Below are positions 25,196-39,325 of a stretch of DNA of 64,000 nucleotides, piece by piece. Position 1 is the stretch's first letter; each line of letters opens with the position of its first letter. The stretch spans positions 39,246,001-39,310,000 of the forward strand of contig OX597825.1 in the NCBI GenBank assembly GCA_951406725.2, given 5' to 3'. A model generated the notes under the pieces. It made no database searches, had not been told where the DNA came from, and saw only the letters and a program-made list of their open reading frames with translations. This stretch comes from Octopus vulgaris (Eukaryota). A program made the translations under genes and the position numbers.

Positions 25196-26173
25196 TCATC
25201 TGACATATGGCTCACGGTCCACATGTACAGGTAATATCGATTTGATGGAGGGAGTAAGTTTATTTGAATAGAAACATTTGATCACTATAAACAAATCTTG
25301 TATGTGGCTGTCCATTAAATTTAATTCGTTATTCACCACTGCGGGCAAAATGTAAAGGACAGACAACACAGATAGGTGGGGGTCGTATGTAGGCACAACA
25401 ATGAAAAAACATGTTAAGATTGTCTTTATCACTACGTCCAGACATTTCCTGAAAAATACCGCCGTACCCCACCTCTTGGCTGGCATGGAGCCACAAAACC
25501 TCACAACCATCGCAGAGTGGTAAGAAAGCCTGCGGCCTCGTCAGTCTGATTTAACTGGGAACTATAATAACCCGAGATCGTTTAAAAAATGTCCTTGTTT
25601 CCAATTCTATACCAGGCTATGTACATTTATGCTACCTAGCGAAAATAGGCGGAGAGAGATAAAAAAGCTTTTACTTGGTGATTTTAGTAGTGGGAGTAGG
25701 TATATTCTCTCCTCCCAATGTGGCTTGTGGGGACATTTGGAATAAATTCCGATATAACCCATCTGTAAATTGCAGTTGCAATGTCTTCGGGGAATTTATC
25801 TTTTAACCCGTTGTAGCTCAAAGTTAAGTGGGCAGGAATTTGTGTGCATGAAGGAGGAGCGTTGAATGTGTTGATGTGCGGATTTTCTATTTGTATGTTA
25901 TAATTGAAGTGAGTTGTTGGTGTTTATGGCTGTGATGTTGATTACCATGACAGGTGTGGCAGGTGCTTGTGTATTAGGGCGGGATATTATTGAAAGATAT
26001 ATGTAGGTAGTTTTTTTTTTCTTTCGAGCTTTACAACTTGTAATAAATAAATTTGTACTGTTATGTTTTTTAATAGAAATTTTAAACACTTTATAACATA
26101 CAAATAACGTATTCATACATCAATTTTATCTCTATATTCTTTCCCTTCAAAATATCTATATAACTATATGTAT

Positions 26174-26235
<62 letters not shown>

Positions 26236-26245
26236 GTATATATGT

Positions 26246-26319
<74 letters not shown>

Positions 26320-26324
<5 letters not shown>

Positions 26325-26695
26325 AATAGTAAAAAGTGAAAAACTACAGAGGGCTTGTTTTAAAAGGTTAAAAAATATATATTTGAGTCAATATGTCTGA
26401 AGAATGTTATAAATTTTTTTCTTACGATGACATAGTTTAGAAGAAATGACCGGTTTCGCGTTCAGATTTTCAAATTTCTTACATCGTTATGTTTATGTTA
26501 GGAAGAGTTCCAGATAAGGGGAGGTAATAAGTAAGAAGTTTGACCAGCTGAACGCGAAACCGGTCATTTCTTCTAAACTATGTCATTGTAAGAAAAAATT
26601 TATAACATTATTCAGACATATTGACTCAAATATATATTTTTAACCTTTTAAAACAAGCCTTCTGTAGTTTTTTCACTTTTTACTATTTTCTATAT
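26320..26695. repeat. near-perfect fold-back, ~146-bp arms and ~83-bp loop, PLE pLTR-like
   Basis: 26320-26465 is the reverse complement of ~26549-26695 with few mismatches; contains GAAACCGGTC; lies between (TA)n tracts. Confidence 0.9.
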
Positions 26696-26730
26696 ATTCA
26701 ACCACGTGCTTTCACAAACCAACTTTCTCA

Positions 26731-26780
<50 letters not shown>

Positions 26781-26887
26781 CACATACATATATATGCATA
26801 TATATATATATTATATGAGGGAATGTTATTCCAAAGTTACAGGGAAAAATTCAATTTAGAAATACCAAATCAAATTAAACATAATAT

Positions 26888-26951
<64 letters not shown>

Positions 26952-27254
26952 TAGAAAATAAACTACCTTTTATCAATTCAAAGTGAAAAATTAAATTACA
27001 CCATCTAGAAAATTACATATAATACAAAGATTAAATATACGATAAAAAATATAACGATAATTAATTAATGCGCAAAATAATAAATAAAACATATATATTT
27101 GGTAGAATAACGACACGTGTTCGTTCTATATTTAAGAAATGATTATAGTAAAAATATTAGTAGTAGTAGTAAAATCACTTCAATATAATTACATCCACTC
27201 ATCAGGTGAAAGATAACTACAATAATAAAATAATTAATTAATAAATAATCTTTT

Positions 27255-27315
<61 letters not shown>

Positions 27316-27317
<2 letters not shown>

Positions 27318-27772
27318 TAAAAACAGTAAGCTAACAAAAGAAGGATAGAGACCTCAATATTTTGTAAATAGAGGAATATTTAACTGTAAATATAATATGT
27401 GACAATTATTCGGTAGCCAAGATAAAACAGTGAGTTTCGGATGCCGAGGTGGAAATCCACACCGCAATCTCTTCAGTTATCTGGCCATCTGAAAAACGCT
27501 TTGGAAAATGACCGTTATACAAATGGAAATTAACTGTGTTATAGACCGCTAATTATACAAAAACGCTAATTTGAATGACTGCTAATTAAGATAAGGTTAA
27601 ATGTTCATAGTAAACACGTAAGCGTGTCTGTTCATACGAATACGTGTTTGCTCGCACACCCACATGAGCACGCATTCATCACTATGAAATCGTACACATC
27701 TTCACTCGCATCTTTCGAGTAATTTGTATGTATATATTTAATAAACATCCAAATAAAGTTTAGAATGCTTTA

Positions 27773-27834
<62 letters not shown>

Positions 27835-29090
27835 TAATGTATATATTACAGAGGATAATTTTAAGGCCAGGTTCAATAACCTTGATTTTCAGGCACTGGG
27901 ACAAAAGGAAAGCGACAAAATTATACAATCATAATTGGTCATTAAATGGGAAAGGTGTCAGTTACAAAATCTATTAGAAGATTTTAGCCAAATGTAAGCC
28001 CTAAACCTACGGCTGCGGAAAGTGCGATCTATGCGACGGGGAAAGATGGCTTATCTGGAAAAGCAGTTTAGACCCTGCTACATGTTTAAACTCAAGGACA
28101 GAACTTTTCGCATCATGCCCATATGTAACCAAATTTTTGTTACGCTGTTGGTCCCCCCAAGACTACAGATAGAACTTGCTTTCTATATTATGTCCACGCA
28201 CAAGTTTTTTTTTTATCTCATTATACCTTTTACTTTTATTTTTCATATATTCTTATACATATATTATAGAGAATTTGGTTTATAGATATATTTATTTTTT
28301 ACACATAATTTTTTCTGTACCCTACCTTCCACCCTGCACTTTTCCTTGTGCCTATAGAGACGTGTATATAGATTCATTTGTACGCGTGTGAGGATGTGTA
28401 CGATTGTGCGAGTATGTATGTATATAGATGTGTGCGTGTGTGTGGGCATAAGAGTACATATATATGCAGATGTTTTACTCAGTACTTTTTACAATTCTTC
28501 CTGTATCTTTTTGGGGAGGGGAGATGTATGTATAACACATTTTGTGCGCGTGTCTGTGTATGCGTATATAGAAGTGTGCGGGTATGTACATATATGGGCG
28601 TGTGTGTGTGTGTGTGCATAAGGGCATGTCCGTATAGGAACGAGGTTTACTCTTTGAATATTTCCTTACGCCTTTTCTCTGTATTGTTACCGTTAACCCT
28701 GTTGTTTCTTGTGCTTGCGCGTATGTAGACGTATGTATGAACTTTTACGGTGCGGGTGTGTGTGTGTGTGTTGGTTTGTATATATATGCATATATATATA
28801 TATATGGCGAAATATGCGAGTGAAGATGTGTACGTTTTCATAGTGATGTATGCGGGCGCACGTGGGTGTGCGAGCATACATGTGTTCTTATGTACAGACA
28901 CGCTTACCCGTTTATTATGAACTTTTAACCTAATTAGCGGTCATTCGAATTAGCGATTTTGTATAATTTGCGGTCTATAACACAGTAATTTCCATTTGTA
29001 TAACGGTATTTTTTCATAACGTTTTTCAGATGGCCAGATACCTGAAGAGATGGTGGTGTGGATTTCCACCTCGGCATCCAAAACTTCATA
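27316..29090 (+). mobile_element. Penelope-like 3' fragment with inverted pLTRs (arms ~27430-27720 and 28806-29090)
   Basis: 27845-28160 is homologous to the GIY-YIG C-terminus at 32491-32830 (EDNFKARFNN); arms are imperfect reverse complements. Confidence 0.75.
27416..27485 (-). ncRNA. type I hammerhead ribozyme-like motif in PLE pLTR
   Basis: Minus strand gccagataa-CTGAAGA-gattgc..gtgga/tccac..gcatc-c-GAAA-ctcact-GTT-ttatcttggc: both core boxes present, helix I agataa/ttatct, helix II with one extra C. Confidence 0.6.
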
Positions 29091-29956
29091 GTGTATAGCT
29101 CATTTGTTCTAATATTTTTCGTACCTTTCTTTAATTCATGGGGCTTAGATGCTTTTCGTATATTTCATTGGTAAATAGTTTTAGCCATTTTCATTGATAA
29201 TTTATTCTATTTGTTTACACTAAGTCTTCACGCGTTTAATTTTTATAAACACTTAGACCCATATATTTTTTTACATTTAAAATTCAGTTATATTATTTTC
29301 ATCGACAAGCTAAGTAACGGTTTTTGCTTATAAATATTATTTGGCTTTTGAATTATATTGGGTTTGATTATTATTGTTATTATTATTGTTATTGAAATAT
29401 TATTATTTTATATATATTGATAGTTTTAAATAATGATAGTTATTAATTATTATATCTATTTATTTAGATCGCTTTATTATTATTATTTTTATAAAGGGAT
29501 TTAACGTATTACATATATTTTAATTTGAGAATTACTTTAGTTAGACAATACATTATTTGGTAATTAGGTGGTATATTAATCAAGTAGTATTACATTTAAG
29601 TAATTTAGTTTTTATATTAATTGATATTTTGGTTAACTATATTATTGAGTAATATATTAAATATATAGATACTACACATATATAAATTATATAGTTAGTT
29701 TATATAATGGGTGTGTGTATTTTTTAACCATTTCTTATTTATGGCTTGTACTAGCATTGTGTATATTAATTAATATTAAGGTTTTTATTATCAATTCCTT
29801 AATGGGTATTAAACTGTATTTGGATGTTAATTAAATAAATATATTAATTAATAGTTTGATTTAATGTATATAGTTTGATGTGTTGTATTTAGTTTTCACT
29901 TAGTGTATATTGTGCATCTTATATATATATATACATATATATATGTGTGTGTGTTT

Positions 29957-30024
<68 letters not shown>

Positions 30025-30330
30025 GACAAAATGTCTGTGTGTGTGTCCTTTATACTAATCCACAATGTTTCACAATGTAACATTATTGTAATACGGCGCG
30101 GCATTTTGAAACATATGTCGAGAGTAAAGGAATTTTGTTAACATTTTCGTTCGACTCCATTCTTTCATTTATTCATATACAACACACAAATTTCTGCACA
30201 TGAACTCGGAGTTTCTACCCTTGACAGGTCGCTTGAACCGTGTTTCTGACGTGAATTTGCTATCCAGGTTTCGGTTAAACGAATTTTCCATGCTGACGAT
30301 AAACATAGGATAATTCATTCACCTACTTAA

Positions 30331-30374
<44 letters not shown>

Positions 30375-31024
30375 TAATGTATATATGCAAATAATTTAAA
30401 AACCTGTCTGGTATATATAATATTAAAATGTTAAAATAAGGAAAATGCACAATAAATTCATATAACATGATTAAATGCTTGAGCAAACAATAAAAATAAA
30501 CCCCGTGGAAGCATTAGCTTAAATTTGTAAACCAGTTAAAGGCTTTCTATGGAGTGAAGTTGAAATATGCAATAGCATTGTAATGAAAACTATGTATAAT
30601 GTGTAATGTTCTAGTTCTACATGGTCTATTATTGTTAGAATTAGCTTAACTATACTGGATACCCCGACAAACCGCTTTTTCGTAACATTATTGTAATACG
30701 GCGCGGCATTTTGAAATGTTGTCACCTTTGAAGAAATTGATGATATTCGCCTTCCTACATTACTAACTTGTATTTCCTTCAAGACAAGACTCTATTCGAT
30801 AAATTCTGAACCCAACAGGTGCTCAGCTGCAAATCAGTGGGGTTTGTTGACCGAATTGATTAGCACTATCCTCTTATAGCGATTTTTCACCCTTTTCTGT
30901 TGTGATAGCGTGTATCATCTTCAGCGTTGGTATGTTCGTTTATTTGTTAAGTTTCCCTGACTGTTCTATAATTTGTTATATATAAAACATAAATAAATGT
31001 GTATATATACACATTTGTATACAC

Positions 31025-31929
31025 ATTGCAGTTGTTTGATCTAGCTGAAATTTTGCATGTCCAAACATTTTTATCTCTATAGAGTAAGTGGCAAATTACA
31101 GCTCTGAATTAATTGTTGTTTCTGATTTAGAGTTGTTTGAACCGAGTCAAGTGTGAAATGGAGCCTGTTGAGTGTCGAGCAGTGATCTGGTTTTTGTATT
31201 TGAAAGGACGCACACCACGGGAGACTTTTGATGAAATGAAAGTAACTTATGGTGATGATGCCCCATCATATGACCTCGTAAAACGCTGGCATCGTGAATT
31301 CAAACATGGTCGGAAATCTGTGGAAACAGCTCCCAGATCTGGTCGCCCCTTCTGCCATTGATGAGGCATCTGTCCGTCAAGTTGAGGCTGCCATTTTGGA
31401 AGATCGACGCATAATTATTCGCCAAATAGCCCATGAAGTCATGATTAGTACCGGGTCTGTGGAAAATATCATTCATGACCATTTGCATATGCAAAAGGTG
31501 TCTGCTAGATGGATTCCCAGGTTGCTCACGCCTTTCCAGAAGCAAGAACGCGTCGATTGCTCGAGGGCGAATTTGGAGATGTGCCAAGAAGATGAGTCAA
31601 AATTTTTCAAAGCCCAGTCAATGCAGTGGAAGCACCGTGACTCACCCCCTCCAAAGAAGGCAAGAGTGCAGCCCTCTGCTGGCAAGATCATGCTCACAGT
31701 CTTCTGGGACCAGGACGGAGTAGTGATGACAGATTTCCTGGCAAAGGGTACCACAATTGCAGGAGCCTATTATGCTTCACTTTTGAGGAAATTAAGAGAA
31801 GTTATCAAAATCAAGAGGCGGGGCAAGATCAGCAAAGACATCCTCCTCCTGCAGGACAACGCTCCGGTCCACAACTCGCTTGTCGCCAGATCAGAAGCAC
31901 AGGCGCATGGCTATGAACTCCTCCCCCAT
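31025..31929 (+). mobile_element. mariner transposon, defective and 3'-truncated duplicate
   Basis: MEPVECRAVIWFL, PRSGRP, SARWIPRLLT, GKIMLTVFWD, LLQDNAPVH; first catalytic Asp region deleted; frameshift. Confidence 0.9.
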
Positions 31930-31942
31930 ATATATATGTGTG

Positions 31943-31989
<47 letters not shown>

Positions 31990-32114
31990 ATGTAAGTATG
32001 CATGTATATATGTGTGGGTATGTATATATGTTTATATGTATGTTCATACGTATGTGTGAATATGTACATATAATTATGTTTGCGTAATATGCACGTATTC
32101 CAGCTTGCGAGCGC

Positions 32115-32149
<35 letters not shown>

Positions 32150-32414
32150 AAAACGGTAAGATAACAAAAGAAAGAAAGAGACCTCAATATTATGTAAATA
32201 GAGGAAATTTATCTATACAATATGTTACATTAGTCGGTAGTCAAGATAAAAGTCTGAGTTTCAGATGCCGAAGTGGAAATCCACAACACCATCTCTTCGG
32301 TTATCTGGCTATTTGAAAACGTTATGAAAAAATACCGTTAAAAAAGAAGGGAAATTACTCTGTTATAACTCTGCTTTGCCTGCGTACTTATACATCGCTC
32401 ACATTTTTCGTCAT

Positions 32415-33306
32415 AAAAATTATATAAAAATACATAAAAATATATAAAAATATATAAAATCTTCTTGGGACATAACACAGAAAGCATGTTCTATCCGTTT
32501 TCTTTAGGGGACCAAAAACGTAACAGAAATTTAGTCACATGTGGGCATGATCCGAAAAGCTCTGTCCTTGTATTTAGACATGTGGTAGGGTCTAAGCTGC
32601 TTTTCCAGATAAGCCATCTCTCCATGTCGCATAAACCGCACCTTCCGCTGCCGTTAGTATAGGGCTTACATCTGGCCAAAATCTTCCATTGTATGTTATA
32701 ATCGACACCTTTATCTCTTAAAGACCAAATATGATTGGATAATTGTGTCGCTTTTCTTTTGTTCCAGTGCCTAAAGCTCAAAGTGTGGTTATTGAACCTG
32801 GCCTTGAAATTACCCTCTGTCAGGCCCACGTATTTCTTCGTCGAAACGGTGTCTTTAGTGGTTATAGAGTTTACGGTAGCTTCATATATGATGGTCTTGG
32901 ACATGCAAGCTCCATTTAGCGGGCACAATTCTTTATTCCTGCATGAACAGCTGTTTTCTTCTTGTGTTTTTTGTATGTTATGATTGATTATGTTTTTAAA
33001 ATTGGTAGTTGAACTAAAACTAATTTTTAAATTGTGTCTATTGAAGAGTTTCCTATAAGCATGGTTAACTGGAAAATGTCTATCTATCAGTGCTAGGAAA
33101 TATTTACCTATATTGAAGGCCACCTCGGGTGAGTAAGGGGGCGTAAACCAGATGACCTTCCTATTTCTATTATTCCTTTTCCTTACTGTTGGGCTGGTGA
33201 AATTGACAACCGTCAGGTTAGTGTATATAGTTATACTAAGTCCGAAGTGTTTCATTAACTGGATAATATCCTTCCTAAAACGATCTTCTGCTGGTCCGGA
33301 CCAGCA
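32415..33306 (-). mobile_element. Penelope-like element 3' part (GIY-YIG endonuclease), internally deleted
   Basis: ORF 32491-33309: WFTPPYS, CSCRNKELCPLNGAC, IIYEATV...KYVGLTEGNFKARFNNH, CGLC, LNTRTEL..CPH. Confidence 0.9.
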
Positions 33307-33803
33307 CATCTGGTTTACGCCCCCTTACTCACCCGAGGTGGCCTTCAATATAGGTAAATATTTCCTAGCACTGATAGATAGATGACGAAAAATGTGAGCG
33401 ATGTATAAGTACGCAGGCAAAGCAGAGTTATAACAGAGTAATTTCCCTTCTTTTTTAACGGTATTTTTTCATAACGTTTTCAAATAGCCAGATAACCGAA
33501 GAGATGGTGTTGTGGATTTCCACTTCGGCATCTGAAACTCAGACTTTTATCTTGACTACCGACTAATGTAACATATTGTATAGATAAATTTCCTCTATTT
33601 ACATAATATTGAGGTCTCTTTCTTTCTTTTGTTATCTTACCGTTTTATCAATATATATATATATATATATATATGTACGCGCTCGCAAGCTGGAATACGT
33701 GCATATTACGCAAACATAATTATATGTACATATTCACACATACGTATGACCATACATATAAACATATATACATACCCACACATATATACATGCATACTTA
33801 CAT

Positions 33804-33894
<91 letters not shown>

Positions 33895-33900
<6 letters not shown>

Positions 33901-34544
33901 CCTTTTCAATTCTTTTATGGTAAAGCTAACGGTGTGCAAAGAAAACTCCTATTTCATTATGCCGTCTACCTTCTAATGATGCTAAGTAGTCAGTCAGTTT
34001 TTCGGGGTTGCATCACTCTTATACCGATATGATGTAGGATAAAATCTAGAACAAAATTTATAGATATTTAATATATCGCTTCAGGCGTTTCCACAAATCA
34101 CACAACTCCATCCCCACTTTTCTGACATTCCTTCCTCTACTCCCATCACCTACATTCACCTACCAAGTAAACACAGAAATACCTATATAGCTATATCGGT
34201 CTTCATCGTGGCAAGAAGAGATAAACATTTCCTCTGTGACTCGTCCACTAATGCAATATCGCCTGATGAAATGAGTCAATGATGATTGCCCACCGGATAC
34301 GCAAGGATATTATGGACTATTCTATAATCGTATTAAGGATACAGATTCTGATTTGTGGAAACGCCTGAAGTGATATATAAACTATCTATAAATTTCTAGA
34401 ATTTTTCCTACATCATATCGGTATAACAGTGATGCAACCCCGAAAAAATGTCTGACTATTTAGCATCATTAGAAGGTAGACGGCATAATGAAATAAGATT
34501 TTTCTTTGCATACCGTTAACTTTACCATAAAAGAATTCAAAAGT

Positions 34545-34550
<6 letters not shown>
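33895..34550. repeat. fold-back with ~200-bp arms between (TA)n tracts, pLTR-like
   Basis: 33895-34100 is an imperfect reverse complement of 34350-34550; loop contains CTGATGA at ~34263. Confidence 0.82.
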
Positions 34551-34601
<51 letters not shown>

Positions 34602-34636
34602 ATGTATATGTAAGTATGCATGTATACATACATATA

Positions 34637-35840
34637 TACGAGGGGCGTTCAATAAGTAATGCCTCTGACCCACTTCCCATAGCAGTAGAGCAACGAAACT
34701 TGGCACATTTATTAGTCTTTTTCTACATAGCGACCACCCAGAGTTACGCATTTCTCCCATTGTTTGATGCAGCTCTAGAGACCGTTTTTGTAGAAGACCC
34801 CAGCTTGGTCCTCCAACCTGAACGTGACTTCAGAAATCAAGGCTGCATCATCTGGGAAACGCTTTCCTTTCAAAAACAACTTCATGACTGGGAAGAGGTG
34901 AAAATCAAAGGGTGCAAGGTCAGGAAAGTAGGGGGATGGGGGAGGAGTTCATAGCCATGCGCCTGTGCTTCTGATCTGGCGACAAGCGAGTTGTGGACCG
35001 GAGCGTTGTCCTGCAGGAGGAGGATGTCTTTGCTGATCTTGCCCCGCCTCTTGATTTTGATAACTTCTCTTAATTTCCTCAAAAGTGAAGCATAATAGGC
35101 TCCTGCAATTGTGGTACCCTTTGCCAGGAAATCTGTCATCACTACTCCGTCCTGGTCCCAGAAGACTGTGAGCATGATCTTGCCAGCAGAGGGCTGCACT
35201 CTTGCCTTCTTTGGAGGGGTGAGTCACGGTGCTTCCACTGCATTGACTGGGCTTTGAAAAATTTTGACTCATCTTCTTGGCACATCTCCAAATTCGCCCT
35301 CGAGCAATCGACGCGTTCTTGCTTCTGGAAAGGCGTGAGCAACCTGGGAATCCATCTAGCAGACACCTTTTGCATATGCAAATGGTCATGAATGATATTT
35401 TCCACAGACCCGGTACTAATCATGACTTCATGGGCTATTTGGCGAATAATTATGCGTCGATCTTCCAAAATGGCAGCCTCAACTTGACGGACAGATGCCT
35501 CATCAATGGCAGAAGGGGCGACCAGATCTGGGAGCTGTTTCCACAGATTTCCGACCATGTTTGAATTCACGATGCCAGCGTTTTACGAGGTCATATGATG
35601 GGGCATCATCACCATAAGTTACTTTCATTTCATCAAAAGTCTCCCGTGGTGTGCGTCCTTTCAAATACAAAAACCAGATCACTGCTCGACACTCAACAGG
35701 CTCCATTTCACACTTGACTCGGTTCAAACAACTCTAAATCAGAAACAACAATTAATTCAGAGCTGTAATTTGCCACTTACTCTATAGAGATAAAAATGTT
35801 TGGACATGCAAAATTTCAGCTAGATCAAACAACTGCAATG
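34637..35840 (-). mobile_element. mariner transposon, defective, retains one TIR
   Basis: Mirror of 31025-31929 plus the C-terminal part; terminus TAcgaggggcgttcaataagt at ~34637. Confidence 0.9.
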
Positions 35841-36489
35841 TGTATACAAATGTGTATATATACACATTTATTTATGTTTTATATATAACAAATTATAGAA
35901 CAGTCAGGGAAACTTAACAAATAAACGAACATACCAACGCTGAAGATGATACACGCTATCACAACAGAAAAGGGTGAAAAATCGCTATAAGAGGATAGTG
36001 CTAATCAATTCGGTCAACAAACCCCACTGATTTGCAGCTGAGCACCTGTTGGGTTCAGAATTTATCGAATAGAGTCTTGTCTTGAAGGAAATACAAGTTA
36101 GTAATGTAGGAAGGCGAATATCATCAATTTCTTCAAAGGTGACAACATTTCAAAATGCCGCGCCGTATTACAATAATGTTACGAAAAAGCGGTTTGTCGG
36201 GGTATCCAGTATAGTTAAGCTAATTCTAACAATAATAGACCATGTAGAACTAGAACATTACACATTATACATAGTTTTCATTACAATGCTATTGCATATT
36301 TCAACTTCACTCCATAGAAAGCCTTTAACTGGTTTACAAATTTAAGCTAATGCTTCCACGGGGTTTATTTTTATTGTTTGCTCAAGCATTTAATCATGTT
36401 ATATGAATTTATTGTGCATTTTCCTTATTTTAACATTTTAATATTATATATACCAGACAGGTTTTTAAATTATTTGCATATATACATTA

Positions 36490-36537
<48 letters not shown>

Positions 36538-36743
36538 TTAAGTAGGTGAATGAATTATCCTATGTTTATCGTCAGCATGGAAAATTCGTTTAACCGAAAC
36601 CTGGATAGCAAATTCACGTCAGAAACACGGTTCAAGCGACCTGTCAAGGGTAGAAACTCCGAGTTCATGTGCAGAAATTTGTGTGTTGTATATGAATAAA
36701 TGAAAGAATGGAGTCGAACGAAAATGTTAACAAAATTCCTTTA

Positions 36744-36817
36744 CTCTCGACATATGTTTCGAAGACAGCATTCCAAAGGAATAAAGGGTGCATTATGCAA
36801 TCTTCTCATCGGGAAAG
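36744..36817 (-). ncRNA. hammerhead-like motif with palindromic helix III and one core substitution
   Basis: Minus strand ctttc-CCGATGA-gaaga...tcttc-GAAA-catat-GTC-gagag; the sibling at ~40378-40455 has CTGTTGA, so the consensus is CTGATGA. Confidence 0.55.
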
Positions 36818-37099
36818 AAAGGGACCCTCTCTCGACAACAAGACAAACACAAATTTCGATGATTGCCTACATGGTAAACAAAGCGATAATGAGTGCTTTT
36901 TTAAAAAAACCGTTAGAAGAATTGAAGTCAAAGTTAGGTAGTAGGAATTGAAGGGATAAAGGAATAATAGGTAGGGAACAAGTGGAGAGGGAAGAGTACG
37001 TTGATTGAAAGAATGTTCGAAGGCTTAGGGAAGAATTTCTCTATAGTAGTGGGGTGGACGTAAAGCTAATTGTTCAAACCTCAGTGACTATCGTTATCA

Positions 37100-37560
37100 T
37101 TTATATGAGTAGAAAGTGTGTTTCTGCCAGTGTCTAATTTTGAATGATTTTTCTATGAGTGTGTTTACTAGGGGAACCTTAGAGAAAAGAATATGGAGAG
37201 TTCAGAATTACAAATGTTACACAATCTCCTGCCCTTATCAAAAGGAAAGGATACAGACAGTATGAACCAATCTAACTTGAAAATTATATTGTTGTCTTTA
37301 AGACGCCAAACTAATTTACTTAGCCCTGTACTATGTCGTTTTTTACTATCCCTGAATGTTGAATAGTGGTTTGAAATTATCTTGGATAACTGGGAAGTGG
37401 ACGCTCCTATATAGAAGAAGATATCTACACTGGTAAATAGAATTCTTAATCTTAGAATTACTAGACAAAAATTTAATTCTGTTGGGGTTGTCCTCCGAGA
37501 TCGAAACGAAGATTTTATTGTTATGTTTGTTGTTACTATTATTATTAGCGCTAACAACTA
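37100..37560 (-). mobile_element. Penelope-like GIY-YIG fragment
   Basis: FYIGAST...NHYSTFRD..KRHSTGLSKLVWRLKD...CNIC. Confidence 0.75.
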
Positions 37561-38374
37561 CACTATTTCTATTATTATTAGAATTATCCTAGTGTTAGAG
37601 AAAGCGATTCTGACCTTGTGGGAATTAATAATAGAACGATAGGAATCTTTCACAAATTATATCTTCCCACAATACCAAGCTGCTAAAAAAAGATTCTTCA
37701 CCCGGGAGTTCCAACACTAATCTTGCTAATTCCAACCCATCATACAATCATAATAGGAATAGTATTAATAGTAACAGCATCGGTAGCAGCGAAATTGTTA
37801 ACAATGATAATATTAATAATAGTATTAGTCGTGTTAATAACAATGGTAGTGTTGATGGTAACAGCAATAACGGTATTATTGTCGGTGGTATTACCGGTTG
37901 TAGTACCATTAATAATACTAATAATGATAGAAATAGTGTACCTATCATGGATACCATATCAACAGTACAAAGAAATCAAATGTCATCACCCATAGACCAC
38001 ATATATATTCAAAATAGTTCATCATCAGACTTTAACCAACAAAGAATTTCTTGGAGCGTTAAAAGGCTACTACTAATACCCAGTCCACGAAAGAGAGGAA
38101 AGAGGTCTTCGAAGGCGAGTATTCAAGCTTACACAGGCAATATCTACGTATTCCCTGAAGAAACACATCTACATCCCATAATGCAGGAAAAGGATTCATA
38201 AACATCTTGCCTGCAAGGCTGAGAACAACATTGCGTGGAAACAATTGTTGTGATTACAAATAAATGTCCAATTGTACTCCTTCTTGTCGACTCCAACTCA
38301 TTCAGTTATATATTCATACCCTCAAGAAACCTCAACTAACACACATAGACACATACACACACTCACACACACAC

Positions 38375-38431
<57 letters not shown>

Positions 38432-38988
38432 AAACTAAAGATGGTAAATGCACATAGTTGACATACTTTAAATTTTGTAATATATTTTATAAGTGAAATA
38501 GTATTATGTTTGTCGACCTCTTTCGCTTTCGCTAATTATTACATTAGAATTAGAATCGACTTTCCTAAGAAAATTTTAGTCCACAGACTTCGAAAATATT
38601 TTTGAATGAATATATATAGATAGATAGATAGATATGTATGTATGTATGTATGTATATATGCATATATGGCCAAAGATTTGTTTGACTTGATTTTATGGAA
38701 CTCTATGCTCGTGGACTACAGATTAGCATGGTCTTTATATGAACTTTTTTGAAAACATGTTTGTTTAAGGGGCGTAAGAAAATATTTTGTTAGTCGATCG
38801 ATGAGTATAATTTATATGTTTAAGCGCCATAGTGATGTTTATTTATGATCAAATATTTGGAGGCGTGGTGCTATATATAAAGTTGACACGAATCTGATGT
38901 TATTTCTGTGATATGTATATATATATATATATATATTAATGGGACCCTGTTGGATACAAGTTTTCACCGTTCGAGATTAACACACACA

Positions 38989-39324
<336 letters not shown>

Positions 39325-39325
<1 letters not shown>

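Larger units (their letters stand above)
30108..36760. repeat. nested inverted duplication: 30108-31929/34936-36760, 31930-32414/33382-33870, 33079-33154/33307-33382
   Basis: Identical ORFs on opposite strands (30519-30782 vs 36082-36345; 31137-31361 vs 35503-35727); arms differ mainly in microsatellite length and a 1-nt homopolymer indel. Confidence 0.95.

Noticed and set aside
31137-35727. Active or domesticated mariner transposase pair, or a composite transposon
   Set aside because: Both copies share the same frameshift and loss of the first catalytic Asp region, and the identity extends ~900 bp beyond the mariner, indicating segmental inversion-duplication rather than transposition.
37720-38000. 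Membrane-protein or Asn-rich host exon
   Set aside because: Degenerate (AAT)-like low-complexity sequence next to PLE fragments, with no splice or domain support.
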